A stretch of 64,000 bases of DNA from Felis catus (taxonomy: Eukaryota): NCBI RefSeq assembly GCF_018350175.1, contig NC_058373.1:112036001-112100000 (forward strand). The letters run 5' to 3'. Shown in pieces: positions 50,072 to 62,986 of the stretch. The notes beneath the pieces were generated by a model. That model was not told the DNA's origin. It did no database searches and saw only the letters and a program-made list of their open reading frames with translations. Within the stretch, counting starts at the first letter, position 1. Each line of letters begins with the position of its first letter. The position numbers were made by a program, and so were the translations under genes.

Positions 50072-50456
50072 AATGGAAACTTTCCTATCCCTAGAAACAA
50101 TAGTAGGACCAGGCAAAAATAGTTGAGCTACTTGTTCCTGAAATACTTACTCCTGGAAGATAAGACTGTGAAGTCCCTAAAAGAGCTCACTTTGGCACCT
50201 CTGCCTCACAGTGCCCACTAATCCAGAGCTGTTGTTCTAAACTGTGAAATTCCAACCTCTTCCGCTCTTCAAGACCCACTTACAGTCCTACAGTCCAGGC
50301 TCTAAAACCCTGTACATATCTTCTTCTGACTTATTCCATCTGAGACCCTACAGACTTTGGAAAATGGTGATCCCACCTTTACTGAAGTTAGTAAACTGAG
50401 CTGTGCTTGATCAATGGAGTTTTTAGCTGTCTTTTGAGGAGTTAGCTATTGATAGA
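50072..50456 (+). mobile_element. MER110-like ERV1 LTR inserted in a MIR
   Basis: agtaaactgagctgtgcttgatcaa..tcttttgaggagttagc 3' end; the minus-strand MIR resumes at about 50457 (atccccattttatag..ctgaggcacaga). Confidence 0.5.
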
Positions 50457-51299
50457 CTAATATTATATCCCCCATTTTATAGGTAAAAAGCTGAGGCACA
50501 GAAAGGTGAACTAACTTGTTCAGTGTTTCAAAATTAAGTGGCAGAGCTAGAGTAAAACACAGATATTTCTGATGCTGAAGTTAGCTCCTAACCAGACAGT
50601 GGAGGCTATAACTGGTAACTTGGGAGTTTGGATATTTTCAGTACTCAAAGAAATATTCAAAGGATTCTCCTCCTAAAGCCTCCCTGCTCTCTGCCCTGCT
50701 TAGGAATGCCCTCTACAACATGACTAACAAGGGGCCATGTAGCTTCTGTTTCAACATTTTCAGATATAGGTCTTGCTGACTCAGAAGATAGCCCCTTTCA
50801 TGACTCAACAGAAGTAAGCACTCTTTAGCACTGGGCATTTATTAAAAAAAAAAAAAAAAAAGAAGCCCACTTATTAGGAGCATGGACCCACCCCACATAT
50901 TCCTTCACCTGTGTCCCAAGAGTAGAAGATGCTCCAGTGCTCTTCTCCTTGCTATGCAGTGGACTATGGTGTTATGACTTTAATCACTCCATCTAAACCA
51001 TGGTTCAACTTAGCAGGCCCCTTAACTTTCATTCTGGAGTACCCACGGGAGTAGAGTTGGGCCTTCAGACACAACCACAACACTTCCAGTTAGAGCTCAG
51101 GGCTCACACATTTATGCAGAATTTCCAAACTTCTGTTCATCAGAGCACAGCCAACCTCTCACTGATCCTTTTCCCCAAGGCTATTTCTTCAGAAGTAGGA
51201 GCAGAGTAGGGACTGAGGAAGTATGCAGGACAGTATAATTCATTAACTTATTTCCTCTAAAACTCAGGCAGAGGATTTAGGATCTAGTTTCTATTTGGT

Positions 51300-52480
51300 C
51301 ACTTCTTTTTTAAATGTAATAAGAACATCCTTCTGGCTGAGTGGTACTGACTGGTACAAAGTTAACTTTTAATACATGAACAATTCTGAGCCAAAATATA
51401 ATTAGAAACTCTTATCTTTTCTGGAGGGGATAAACATATACAGAGGAAATTTATCATACGGAGGACCATATCTCATTTGTCTTTTTTCATTCCAAACTCA
51501 AGTTTAGAAAAGTAGCCAGGGAATTTAAAAAATTCATTACTTCAAAGATACCAGCTTAGTGCCCAAATTCATATCAACCACAAATTTGAGCATCAAGTCT
51601 TCCACCAAAATCAGTGATTTTTTAAAGGAGAGGTGAGAGCAATAACAGGTTCCTGGAACACCTTTATAAGCCTTTTTTCAAGTTTAAGTGAATTCATTTA
51701 ATAACTTAATATATTAAACCATACCATCATCCAGACCACACTGTTCCAACTTCTCCATAAGAATTTTGTTCAAACTGATCAAAATGCTAGCTGAAATACA
51801 GATAAACTGAACCTCTATCTACCATTGATCTTCATCTCTAATGAATGGGTTTTTTTTTTAATTTTTTTAACGTTTATTTATTTCTGAGACAGAGAGAGAC
51901 AGAGCATGAGCGTGGGAGGGGCAGAGAGAGAGGGAGACACAGAATCTGAAGTAGACTCCAGGCTCTGAGCTGTCAGCACAGAGCCCGACGCGGGACTCGA
52001 ACTCACAAACTATGAGATCATGACGTGAGCTGAAGTCGGTCGCTCAGCCGACTGAGCCACCCAGGTGCCACATCTAATGACTGTTAAAAGAGGAAAAAAC
52101 AAGACCAATCTAAGATGATTTGTTCAGAGCAAACCCAGGTTCATCTCATTTACTTACTAATAAGTTTAAAAAATTTTTAAGATATAGATATCAAACTCAC
52201 TAGACTACAGAATATAGAACTTCCTACCTTCTTTTTTTTTAATTCAGAAGTCTACCTATCTTTAATCCCTCAGCACCTTTCCAAATCACTACCATGCCTT
52301 AAAAAGTCAGCCAATTACTCAGCAGTTATAGCTATATCTTCTCAGCTTCCTGGAATGAAATTCACCGTGGCCCAAAGATTTGAGCTCTTTCAGAAACTGC
52401 ATATACTCTCGTTATATTCTCCCAAGTCTTGTGCTTCATCACTTTCCTTAATAATTCTCAACTAGAATTGTTTTTCCTTT
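51300..52480 (-). mobile_element. L3/CR1 LINE reverse-transcriptase fossil
   Basis: Minus-strand remnants in correct order: KSLGHGEFHSRKL (about KSPGPDELHPRVL), GFALNKSS*IGL (about GFTKNKSCQTNL), VYLYFS*HFD (about VYLDFSKAFD), LMEKLEQCGLD. Confidence 0.7.
51850..52070 (-). mobile_element. Can-SINE inserted in L3
   Basis: Full element; degenerate TSD tctaatga. Confidence 0.95.
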
Positions 52481-52704
52481 CTAAGAAATTAATATTTCCC
52501 TCCTCTATACACATAGAACAGTTTATTGGTACTTCCATCCCAGAACTTATTCCCTGTCCTAGTCCATAGCTCATTATAAGCAGCTTAAATGCAGGGACAA
52601 GATATTATTCATTTCTGGGTCCCTTCAGTGCCTATCACAGCATGAATAGGAGCCCCATCAATGTTGAGTTGTTGCTGAATGGAGCCTATGAAAATGACAT
52701 TCTG

Positions 52705-52922
52705 GGGGCACCTGGGTCGCTCAGTTGGTTGAGCGTCCGACTTCAGCTCAGGTCATGATTTAACAGTTTGTGAGTTTGAGCCCTGCATCGGGCTCTGTGC
52801 TGACAGCTCAGAGCCTGGAGCCTGCTTTGGATTCTGTGTCTCCCTTTCTGTCTTCCCCTCCCCCACTCACACTCTGCCTCTCTCTCAAAAATAAACAAAC
52901 ATTAAGAAATTTTTTAGAAAAA
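52705..52922 (+). mobile_element. Can-SINE
   Basis: TSD gaaaatgacattctg at 52690-52704 and 52923-52937. Confidence 0.95.
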
Positions 52923-53166
52923 GAAAATGACATTCTGAAAAAGTAGTTCAGGAAAATTAATCTGGCTGTGGCATGTGGGAGACATGGGGAAATGTGGAAA
53001 ATAGAAGCAAGGAAATCAAGTAAGGCTGATAGTATCTTAGGATGAGATTAGAAGGGCCTGAATTAGGGTGGTGGCAATGGAAATGGAAGTAGAGAACCAA
53101 TACAAGAGAAAACTTAGAGAGAGAATAGGCATGATCCGCCAAGTGATTGAAAGTGGGATGAATAAG

Positions 53167-53596
53167 TGTGGCCAAATGACTAGCTGATAGCCAAAAATTT
53201 GTTTCCCTAAGGTATTGTCAAGAAGCAACTGCCCAGCCAGGTACTACATTTCTCTACACACCTTATGCCTAGATGGGACCACACAAGTAGTTTTTGCCAT
53301 TCAAATGTAAAAGGAAATGATGGCATGTTGCTTAGGTCTCAAAGCAGGTGAAAAACCTTCATGATCTTTTGCCTCATCTACCACCCAGAAGGAGAATTCC
53401 AAGGTCCTGGAAGAGAAAGGAGATATTCTTGAAGAAGCCTGTGTCCTTGAATAACCACATGGGACATCATCTACCAACTGAGAACTGAAAACACTGATAG
53501 TGTACTTTACATGAGTGAGACATAAATTGCTATTGTGTTAAGCCACTGAGTTTTTAGTTTATCTCTTATAGCAGCTAGTGTTATCTTAATTAAAAT
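53167..53596 (+). mobile_element. MLT1H-like MaLR LTR within an L2 remnant
   Basis: actgcccagcc..actacatttc..ataaattgctattgtgttaagccactgag..tatagcagctag. Confidence 0.7.
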
Positions 53597-53811
53597 AGAA
53601 AGGGGCAGGAAAAGTTTTGGATGCTTTGCGATCTCTGGTGGTATCCAGTAGTTTGGAAAATGGTGGCACTGTCTTAATAAGAGGTATCAAGAGGAGAACC
53701 ATTTAAGAGGGAAACATCAATACCCAGTTGAATGACGTCATGTAAGGAAAGTGCCAAAGCAAAGTCAGAAGGCTCAGCTTTAGACTCATCTGTTTCCCTT
53801 AAAAAGTATGC

Positions 53812-54062
53812 CCTGGGAGGCTCAGTTGGTTAAGCATCTGTCTGACTCTTGGTTTCAGCTCCGGTCATGATCTCAAGGTTCATGAGATCAAGCCCTGCAT
53901 TGGGCTCTGCACTGTCAGTGCTTGGGATTCTCTTTCTCTCTCTGCTCCTCCCTTGCTTGTGTGTGTGTGTGTGTGTGTGCATTCTCTCTCTCTCTCTCTC
54001 TCTGTCTCCCCCAAAATAAATAAATAAACTTTAAGAAAAATATAAAATTAAAAAAAAAATTT
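53812..54062 (+). mobile_element. Can-SINE, slightly 5'-clipped
   Basis: TSD aaagtatg(c/t)cct at 53803-53814 and 54063-54074. Confidence 0.92.
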
Positions 54063-54249
54063 AAAGTATGTCCTTAAGTCCTCTTTTCTGCCTCAATTTC
54101 CTCATGCAGAGGCTAATATATGGAGACAGGTCTTATAAACAAGAGTTAATGCCATGTAAAATGGCACTATTATACTCTTATCACCCCCTTTTAAAAGTAC
54201 AAAGAACCTTAGAGATTGTCTGAGAAAACCACTAAATCTCAGATAGCGG

Positions 54250-54450
54250 TTACTATAACTGGGCACTGCATTAACTTACACCATTTTCATGACATAGATA
54301 CTGTTATTACCATCACCAATTTATAGATGAAAAAATTTGAAACACAGACAGGTTAAGTAATTTTCCCATGGTCATACCCCCAGTAAGTGGTTAAGTAGAG
54401 ATCAAAACTCAAGCAGCCTGGCTCTCAAAATCTGTGCTCTTAACCACCAC
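54250..54450 (-). mobile_element. MIR
   Basis: tttatagatgaaaaaatttgaaacacagacaggttaagtaatttt..ctgtgctcttaaccac. Confidence 0.7.
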
Positions 54451-56127
54451 AAGATGTCCTCTCTAGGTACAGCTTCTTCATTTTAAGTGTGAAAACTCGG
54501 GTCATGTCACACAGGTGGTTATGCACCAAATATAGACTACAGTGACAGAGAAGGCAATTTTCTCCCCAGGAAAATTCTAGTTTCTCATAAAAGGCTGCTT
54601 CTGCAGAAAATCACTGAGCTGAGAATGCATAAATTACTAAAGAAACTGAACCAGATATTTGAGTAGAATTTATGTTGATAGGAGAAAAAAACAAAATGAG
54701 CCTTATCCTTGCCATATCTTTCAAATATGGAACAGGAAGAATAAGCAGATGGATTTATGCAAATGTTCTGCAGGCAAAGTTCTCTTATGGTTCTAAGACA
54801 TATCAAGGTCCCTAGAGGAGAGAACCCCAATCCCTTGAACCTCTTCCAAAGCAGTGCAGAGAAATGGCCCCAAGGTGACCATGAGGCCAGACCAAGCTCA
54901 TCTGTGCTTCTGAGAGCACTTAGGGTAGTCCAAATCTGGGGAGCTGCCAGGATAGCCCACAACACATCACAACCCTCCTTGGGTCTCCTGAGATAGCTCA
55001 CCCCTGAAGAACCTGAACATCCAAGCCAAATGCCTCACAGGGGTTGATGCCAACTGAAACTCTTGCCGGACAAAGTCACCTGTGAACAAGATGCCATCTG
55101 AATTCTCCACAAGAAAGAAGGGCTTCTCCTGGTGTGAGACCATTCACACCTGCTTACCTCCATATCAGAGAAAATCTCAAGTGTCTGAAAGCCCCAGGGG
55201 CAATATGCATCTACCTTGGGACCAGCTGATCCACATGTCTTACTCATTCCTACTAATCCTCTTTATGGAATGTCACATTCTCTTAAGACACAGATGGAAC
55301 ATCTTAGATGAATTTCCAGATGGCTAATCTGCCCCTTTCCATTTCCCACACTTAGAGAGACACCAGTCCAGTGGCTGCTACAGAACTGCAAAGACACTTG
55401 TGAGTATGTTTATCACCCCATATGGACTGTTTATTTCTAACCATGCATTGACCTTGAATTATTTAGGAAGACCCCAAAACCAAGACACATTGACAAAGAT
55501 CTTAGTTGTGAGAATCATTACATGACACAATAAAACCAAGGAGAAACATCAGGAAATGAGAAGATAAAACCAAGAAGAAAAATCATTAAAAAAGAGAAGG
55601 CAAAGTAGGGGGGGCTTGGAGTCTGTAGATGATGAAAAGAGAGAGGCCAAATTCCCACATAGACTTTTTCTTTCCAGTCCCAAAGCCAGGGCTCTCGAAA
55701 TTCAGATATACCTGCCCTTTCAGATGCAAAAAGGCTGGAAAATAGTTATTCCATACCTTTGGATGTCATCCACTTACAAACCCTCTCCCATGTTTTACCT
55801 ATTTGCTCCTCACAGCAGCACGTTTTATGAGAACTGTGGCCAATTTGTTTTAAGTAATTTTCTCAAGGTCACAGAGTTCTGAACAAAACATGTCTACTAA
55901 TTCCAGCCCTGGCCTCTTTGTCCCACCCTGTGCTCCCTCTTGCATCACAATGTGAATTCTGAAAGAATACAGGTTCTACCATCAACCAGCTGTGTAATCA
56001 AGGATGAATTACAACTTCTTTATGGCTCAGTGTCTTCACTTGGAAAATGAAGTTACACTAGAAATGGATGATCTACAGTTCTGAAAGTCTAGGAACACAG
56101 AAGTCTGTACATCCATGAATTTTAACA

Positions 56128-56412
56128 AATCACTATTTTTTAATTGCCAGTTCTAACTTATTAATGGATCATGAAATTAATTTAGTGGTAGCCAACATTC
56201 CCTCTTTTTCTAAAAAATGAAATGGAATGGAAAAGGTTTGAATGGAGTAAGGCGGGGTTTGGTAGGAAAAAATGGAGTGGGACAGGACAGAAAAAAATGT
56301 CAGCAGGCATTGAACCGATGGTGAATATTGTTTGTAAAACTGGGTATGTAAACTAAGTCACAACAAAATTTATTTCTTACTATATGACACAGTCAAAAAT
56401 GATTAAAACTTA
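56128..56412 (+). mobile_element. MER112-like hAT-Charlie element
   Basis: tcatgaaattaatttagtgg..aaaaaatgaaatggaatgg..tatttcttact..gtcaaaaa. Confidence 0.6.
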
Positions 56413-57735
56413 GATTTAAATTATAAATTCACATGATAATTATAAAAACAGCTTTACTATATTCCCCAAATACGTACACACTTGTTTTTTTGTGGTTCAT
56501 TTTGGCTCTGGTTTGACTTTCTCTTTCCCCTTTGGCATCTTTTCCCCTGGACCGGGAGTTCTCATCCCCTCTCTCCCTTTCTCACTTGCTCAGCACCCAC
56601 CCTCCTTGGGGAGGCTTCTAGCTGCTGCTGGAAAGGAAAGTTCCAAAGGAAAGGAAGGTATCAAGGTGTCAGATAGAATTGCAGGTTCTGCTAAGCTCAG
56701 GACATCTGGTTTCCTGAAAGGGGGAAACACAAAGGATGAAGACAGTCTAGTTGGAAAGACACTGAAGGCCCTGGAGATTCTGGACAATAGTGTCATTGTC
56801 TGGGAGGGACGGGGCTACAATTAACTACATCTCTGGCTCTTCTGCCCTTTCTTTGCAGGGAGGCAATTAATACAAATGTGTCCCAAGTCTTCACATAAAG
56901 GTGTTTCAGAAAGGGCTTATGTGAAGGGAGGCAGAAGTTGCATCTGCTTTCCCAAGGCTGGCTGCCCACGAGAAAATGTCTAAATTTATATAAGAAATGA
57001 AAATTTGGGGAGGGAATTGAAGACAAGGGCTTCCGGTCTATTGCTCAAAAACATTCTCCCCCAAAAAGGATTTCCCCCTCTAGTTCAAGTTTAAGCAGGT
57101 GAGACAGGAGCTCCGTGGGGCTGGATTGGAGTTCTATGACCCTGGAGCCTTCCACAGGATATTTCCAATCATTAGCCTTTCCTGGAGCCTCTCGGGTATA
57201 AAAATTCTGGTTTCCTGTGTAATTCAAAATTTGAAGTCAAGGTCAGGAGCTAGAGAATAAAACCCCCTGTGCTAGCAGATTCTTAGTCATCCAATGTCTG
57301 AGATGAAGGTCAGAAAAAACATTTGAAAGAGACCTTTAATTCTAAATCATCTGGGTGGAAACTCAAGATGTGATATCCTAATTCTCCCTATCAGTCTGGT
57401 CTCAAGGACAGTTTGGTTTGCAATAATGTCCAGGAAATTATTAATAATGAGAAAACATCATTCCTAGAAGCCACAGTCTATTAAAGGGATGTGAAAGGTA
57501 AGTGAGATCTCATAGGTTCTGCACAAATATTCTCTTTTGGTCTTTTAATGACAACATCAGTGTTTCCTTCAAGGGGTTGCAGATGGAGGTGAGATGAGGG
57601 TGGCCCTAGTATCTAATTGGCTCCCTGTGCTGAGCTCTGAGCAGAGGATCACAGTGTCCATTTCACATCTGTCTGGCAATGATGCCTTGTCAAGTGCCAC
57701 TGTGTTAAGCAGCCCCTGTGGCTTTATAAAACAGT

Positions 57736-57752
57736 TGACCTGCTATTGACCT
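57736..57752 (-). promoter_or_regulatory. Perfect DR5 nuclear-receptor element (candidate RARE)
   Basis: TGACCT gctat TGACCT on +, i.e. AGGTCA ATAGC AGGTCA on -. Confidence 0.55.
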
Positions 57753-58544
57753 GTTCTGTGTCACTGGAGCTCAAGAGCAGTCTCTTTGGTTAAATACTTA
57801 TGGGCCCCATGATAGATTATAATAAAGATTATAAAGGCACAGCCAAGCTTAATGGCTCCCAACTGGCCCACAGTACAAGGAGCACTTCCTGTTAGAGGAG
57901 CGTGGGTGAGCTCCTTCAGGGAGACCAGGTCAGCAACAATGACTCCAAAGTTGCTCCATGACAACCCCTTCCCAACTCCTAGCCCTCCAAAGAAAAACAA
58001 ATGGTCCATCAGGGCCAACTCTACATTTTTTCAGAAAACAAACCTTTCCTTAATTAATTCCCAGACCCAAAGGTGGCTGTTACAAATTTCCACAGGTAAA
58101 ACCTCATTTTTATCATCCAAAATGACTTGCCAGGAATTATCATTCTTTTTTTTTTTTTAATCATTCTATGCTTGCAACTGGGCAAGGGAGGTTAAGCATC
58201 ACTGCTGCCCTGGACATAGTCAAATAAGTTAAGCACTTGTAGACAAGAGAACCAAAGCTCTAAAGAGACACTTAGATTGGATTAAATCAACATCCAACAT
58301 CACATGTAGGATAGGAAGTTCACCAAAGATGATAGGAGAGGCCCCTGGTGGTGTACATTTGGACAGGTAGGAAAGGTTGCTAATATTTTTAAGTGCCTAC
58401 TATGTATCACACATGTGTTAGGTATTATATATCTTTCATCCCATTTAACCTTTATCAGACCCTTAGAGGGAAGGTATTATTTCTCCTTTTAACAAATGAG
58501 AGAATTGATGCTTAGTGAGCTTTAGTTTTGGTCTGGTTTGGCTT

Positions 58545-58720
58545 TTTTTTTTTTGTTTTTGTTTTCCCAGCTTTATTAAGGTATAATTGACAATTAAAAA
58601 CTGTATACATTCAATGTGTACAACTTGATGATTTGTTATATGTATGCATTGTGAAATACCACAATCCAACTAATTAGCATACCCATCACCTCACATAGTT
58701 ACCATTTTCTTTTTGTGTCT
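58545..58720 (-). mobile_element. L1MA-like 3' end inserted in a MIR
   Basis: polyT then ccagctttattaaggtataattgac..catcacctcacatagttacc. Confidence 0.85.
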
Positions 58721-58903
58721 GGTATTAGTGAGTTTTAAGTAACTTTCTTCAATATCAATTTCCTTTGGTATGTGAAGATTAAATGAGATTATGCAGGTAT
58801 GTTCTTATAACTCTTGATATAATGCTCAGTATATGCTATTTTGTGAGTGCCTAGGTTTTTCACAGCTTGAGAAGTCTGTGACTATTATCATTAGCTCTTA
58901 GGA

Positions 58904-59017
58904 AGAGACCTAATGGGATGGTCAAGACAGAGCTTGGGTCTTGAAACTAAGCCCCAGAGACCCAGAGACCTAATGGAACAGTCAAGACAGGAGCCTGGGT
59001 CTTGGAACTAAGCCCCA
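58904..59017. repeat. Tandem duplication, period 60 bp
   Basis: agagacctaatgg..gtcaagacag..gggtcttg.aactaagcccca occurs twice. Confidence 0.9.
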
Positions 59018-60304
59018 TTGCTCTCTCCAGCATGTTTTTTTTTTTTCTGTCTGTTTATACTAATCTTTGAAATATTATGAAGTGGCTCACAGGAAACAGA
59101 TGCATATTTAACATTCAGGATCAAGAAAAATAAGAATAGGACACAGGCCAGGAACACAAAGATGGAGACCATCAGGAGCTGGGCAGCCACTGTAGCCAAA
59201 CCTTGATTTACTGAGAACTGAGTTTTCTGGGCACCAACGCAGAGGGAGATGTGATGAGTTACCCATGTTTTTTTGTTCAGGAGGAAGTATGCCAATTCCT
59301 TAGAGGAAATAAAGTGTGTCCTTAAATTTTTCACTAAAATCTATTTCTCACACGAAGCATCATATTAGAAGCGCCGCATGGATAATGTCCTCACCAACCT
59401 AAAATGCAGTCACAACTTCATTGTGGCTCTTGTAATTTCTCTTAGTCAAAGCCAGCAAGGTAACAAAGCACAGCTCAGGGAAAGCAGCCTGCTGAAAGTC
59501 AAGCAAGATGGTCTGACTGCATCTTTCCTATGGTCTGTTCTGATCAAAGAATGACAAACAGAACATCTGAAGGAATTAATGGACTTGTCAACATTCCTTC
59601 ATAAAGACTACTTTCTTAGTGGGAAATACTAGAGGGCTCACTCATGATCTGTCTCACTCTCCAACTCTCCCTCTTCTAAAGAATCTGCTGCACCTCACTG
59701 CACTAAACACAGGTGGTTAGAACAGGGCAGGCATTTCATCAGATGGCCAGAAACTTGTGAGATCTGGCTTAAAAGATAAGCAGAACCAACCAGATGTTCC
59801 CCAGGAATTTGGATCCAAATCCCCATTTGGAATCGGGAATGTTCTAAGGGCAGGAGTGGGAGAGAACGTGATGGCTAAGTACTAAGGCTGAGCAGGAAGG
59901 AAGTAGATAGCATATGTATTCAGGGAAAACTAGCTGGTAAAGAGTAAGGACAAAGCACATCTACACAGAGAGACCATGCAGCTCCTTAAAGAGGGACTGT
60001 GATCATGGACTTTCCCCAAAGGCTGCCCTGGATCCAAAGACCACCTCCCATTTCCAGACCTGGCCATGATGAGAATCTTATTTTTGAATTCCTGGGAAAG
60101 CCCTCAATTCTTATAATAAACTCAATTTTTCTTGGGTGGGGTTGAATGGGTCTTTGTTCCTTGCAAATAAGTGAGAGAAAATAAGTGAGCCTAAAAAGAA
60201 CACAGGCTTATAGTAAGAGCTGAACAATAGACAGTATAACATTCCAGTCTCTAGATTGCAGGCACAGTGGTGTTGATCCAATACATAGGAGATCAAGAGC
60301 AGGT

Positions 60305-60600
60305 GGTATAACACACAGAAACTTGGATGATTCCAAAGGCATTATGCTGTGTGAAAAAAGCCAGTCGCAAAAGGTCACACACTATATGACTCTATTTAGA
60401 TGTCACTCCTGACAAGACAAAATGGTAGTGATGGAGAACAGGTCAGTGGTTCCCAGGGGCAGTGGGAGGGGAGAGTGTGACTATAAAGGGATAGCATAAA
60501 GGAGTTTTGGGGCTGACAAATCTGGTCCATATTCTAATTGTAGCAGTGACTACACAAATCTATACTTGAGTTTTAAAACAGAGAACTATAAAAAGAAAAG
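60305..60600 (+). mobile_element. L1MD/MC-like 3' region
   Basis: ttggatgattccaaaggcattatgctg..aaaagccagtcgcaaaaggt..gatggagaacaggtcagtggtt. Confidence 0.75.
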
Positions 60601-60624
60601 GAAAAAGGAAGAAACGAATGAAGA

Positions 60625-60682
60625 TGGAAGGAAGGAAGGAAGGAAGGAAGGAAGGAAGGAAGGAAGGAAGGCAGGCAGGCAG
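60625..60682. repeat. (GGAA)n/(GGCA)n microsatellite
   Basis: Direct observation. Confidence 0.95.
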
Positions 60683-61520
60683 AAAGGGAGGGTGTCTCTT
60701 GAGTAAACCAACAGAAACTCAGTCACTAAACAGAAACTCAGCCAGATCAGAAGGTGAGCCAACTCTCAGTAAAATTGTCTTGGCATAGGCTGTCCCCATG
60801 CTCTTAGCCTTATGTTTTTATCCCTCAATACCTCCTTGTCTTTCTTCTGGCTGGCACTGCCTTCATAGCAAAGTCAAGTCAAAGAAATGAGCAATGATGA
60901 TGGAATTTCAGGTATCAGCCAAGAGATGAGGGAGGTTGTGATAGCTAGAATCAGAAGGTCTTGCTATCTTCACACTGTAAACACGGAAAATCCTCTATTC
61001 TTCCAGCAGATGATCTTGTATAGGAAGAAGCACGATAACCTAGAAGCAGCACTAAAACTTCTGAGAGATAAAGAAAGAAAAATCCCTAAGCAGAAAACAA
61101 ACTGAATATGAGGATAGGGAGAATTAAGGTGAAAGCAGCTTTTGTTCTAATCAGGATGATTAGGTCTAAGATTTGAAGTTGGAGATGTGAGAAGAGAGCA
61201 AAGGTCTTTACCTGCTCTGGCTTAAGCTACTTAGGGCTTCCCAGTAAGCCAAGAGAGTGCCCTCCACATGGTCCAGCACAGTTTCCTGGTCTTGGCCAAC
61301 AATGGCATCTTGCTTTGCATCCATTCCCCAAATGTTTATTTCCTTCAGAAACTTTTCAGGGAAGGATAGCTCAGTCAGCAGAGTATGGACACTCCTGGGT
61401 TCCCTGACCAAGTATCATCAAAATACTATCACAACCTTACCCCAATGTGTTATTTCTAACAATGGTGTCTGTTGCTCTCGAGACCTGGTGTTTAGCATAC
61501 AGCAAGTAACACACATTTAT

Positions 61521-61559
61521 TGAGTGAGTGAGTGAGTGAGTGAGTGAGTGAGTGAGTGA
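61521..61559. repeat. (TGAG)n microsatellite at an L2 tail
   Basis: Direct observation; follows cacatttat of an L2 3' end. Confidence 0.9.
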
Positions 61560-61707
61560 AAAAGAGGCAAATAGAAAGCGAATGGGAGTGAGCAAAGGAG
61601 AGGGGACAGGGGAGAAGGAGAAACATGCGTACCCTAAGGCTCACTCCCTCAGGGAACATGCTGTATGAACATGACAGTCACTCAGTCAACACATATTTAT
61701 TGAGTGC

Positions 61708-62176
61708 TGTGCTGGAAATCTTCCTTTCACCTCCACAGATGGACTCTCTACCTTTGTCCACCTGCTGTGAACTCCAGGAGGCCAAATGCATATAGGCTGC
61801 ACCAACAGTGCACCCTTGCGTGCAGGTGGTTTAGGTCACTGGGGAGCACCTACAGGAGATGAAGGAGGGAGGAGAGTAAGATCAGAGAACTGATTTCCTG
61901 GCTCCCTCTCTAAGGGGTTGCCATGGGCAGGCTGCAGCCCTAGATTAAAATGGCTGTTCACACAGATTTTGGTGTCCCCGGTGTCAACTGTCCCTCTCTC
62001 ACCTTCAGACTTGGGGTAGTAATGACTCCCCACAGCTTCTTAACTTAGGGTGCTACACTATATCTTCTGGTTTCCTACTTCCTACTCACACCTTTGTAAA
62101 TAATCATTTTAGTAAACTTGGAGTTATTTCTATCTGGGAGCAACAATTGCTTTCTGCCAGTTCCCTGACTGATACA
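61708..62176 (+). mobile_element. LTR33A-like ERVL solo LTR inserted in an L2 3' end
   Basis: TG..CA termini (tgtgctgg..ccctgactgataca); cacacctttgtaaataa; TSD agtgc/agcgc. Confidence 0.8.
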
Positions 62177-62564
62177 AGCGCCACCTATATGCCAGGCACT
62201 GTGCGAATCTCCTGGGATACAAGTATGGATTAGACACAGCTCCTCCAGGAGTTCGTGATGCAGTAGGCAACAGACGCATAACAGCAAATTCTAATGCAGA
62301 CTCCAGTGTGCAATGAGGGAGCTATGCACAGGGTAGTGCTTTCCAAGCCAATTTCTGAAAATTAAGCTGAGATCTGCCTCTCAGCAAAGCAGTGGAGAGC
62401 TCCCACTGTGCACTGCAGAAAATCCAGAGATAATGCTTCCAAGAGCTCATCTTGTCGGTTTTTTACTGATCCCTGGAAGAGTAAGGAATGACTTGTTTGA
62501 GACTTTCAATTTGTAGTTGCAGAAACAAAAGCAAAGTTGAACATGGAATCTTGCTATTCAATCA

Positions 62565-62836
62565 AATCTATAAATACAGAGAACAAATTGATGGTTGCCA
62601 GTGGGGGGATGAGCAGAATAGGTGAAAAGACTTCCAGTTATGGAATGAATAAGTCATGGGAGTTAAAAGCACAACACAGGGAATATAGTCAATGATATTG
62701 TAAAAGCGTTGTATGGTGACAGATGGTAGCTACATTTGTGAGCATAGCATAAGGTATAGAGAAATTAAATAACTATGTTGTACACCCAAAACTAATGTGA
62801 TGTTGTGTGCCAACAGTACTCAAATGAAAAAATAAT
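62565..62836 (+). mobile_element. L1 3' end (L1_Carn-like)
   Basis: gatggttgccag..cttccagttatgg..ctatgttgtacacc; similar to 14163-14432. Confidence 0.85.
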
Positions 62837-62837
62837 G

Positions 62838-62896
<59 letters not shown>

Positions 62897-62986
62897 GGAA
62901 GGAATAAAGGAAAGAAGGAAGCAAGGAAGGAAGAAAGGAGGGAAGGAGGAAGGAGGGAAGGAAGAAGGGAAGGAAAAGAAAGAAAC
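62838..62986. repeat. (GAAA)n / GA-rich tract at the L1 tail
   Basis: Direct observation. Confidence 0.95.

Noticed and set aside
55150..55162. Strong minus-strand splice donor (GAG/GTAAGC)
   Set aside because: No convincing acceptor or coding frame to pair with it; a non-coding exon cannot be excluded without RNA data.
58904..59017. CRISPR-like repeat array
   Set aside because: Only two diverged units with no unique spacers, in mammalian DNA.
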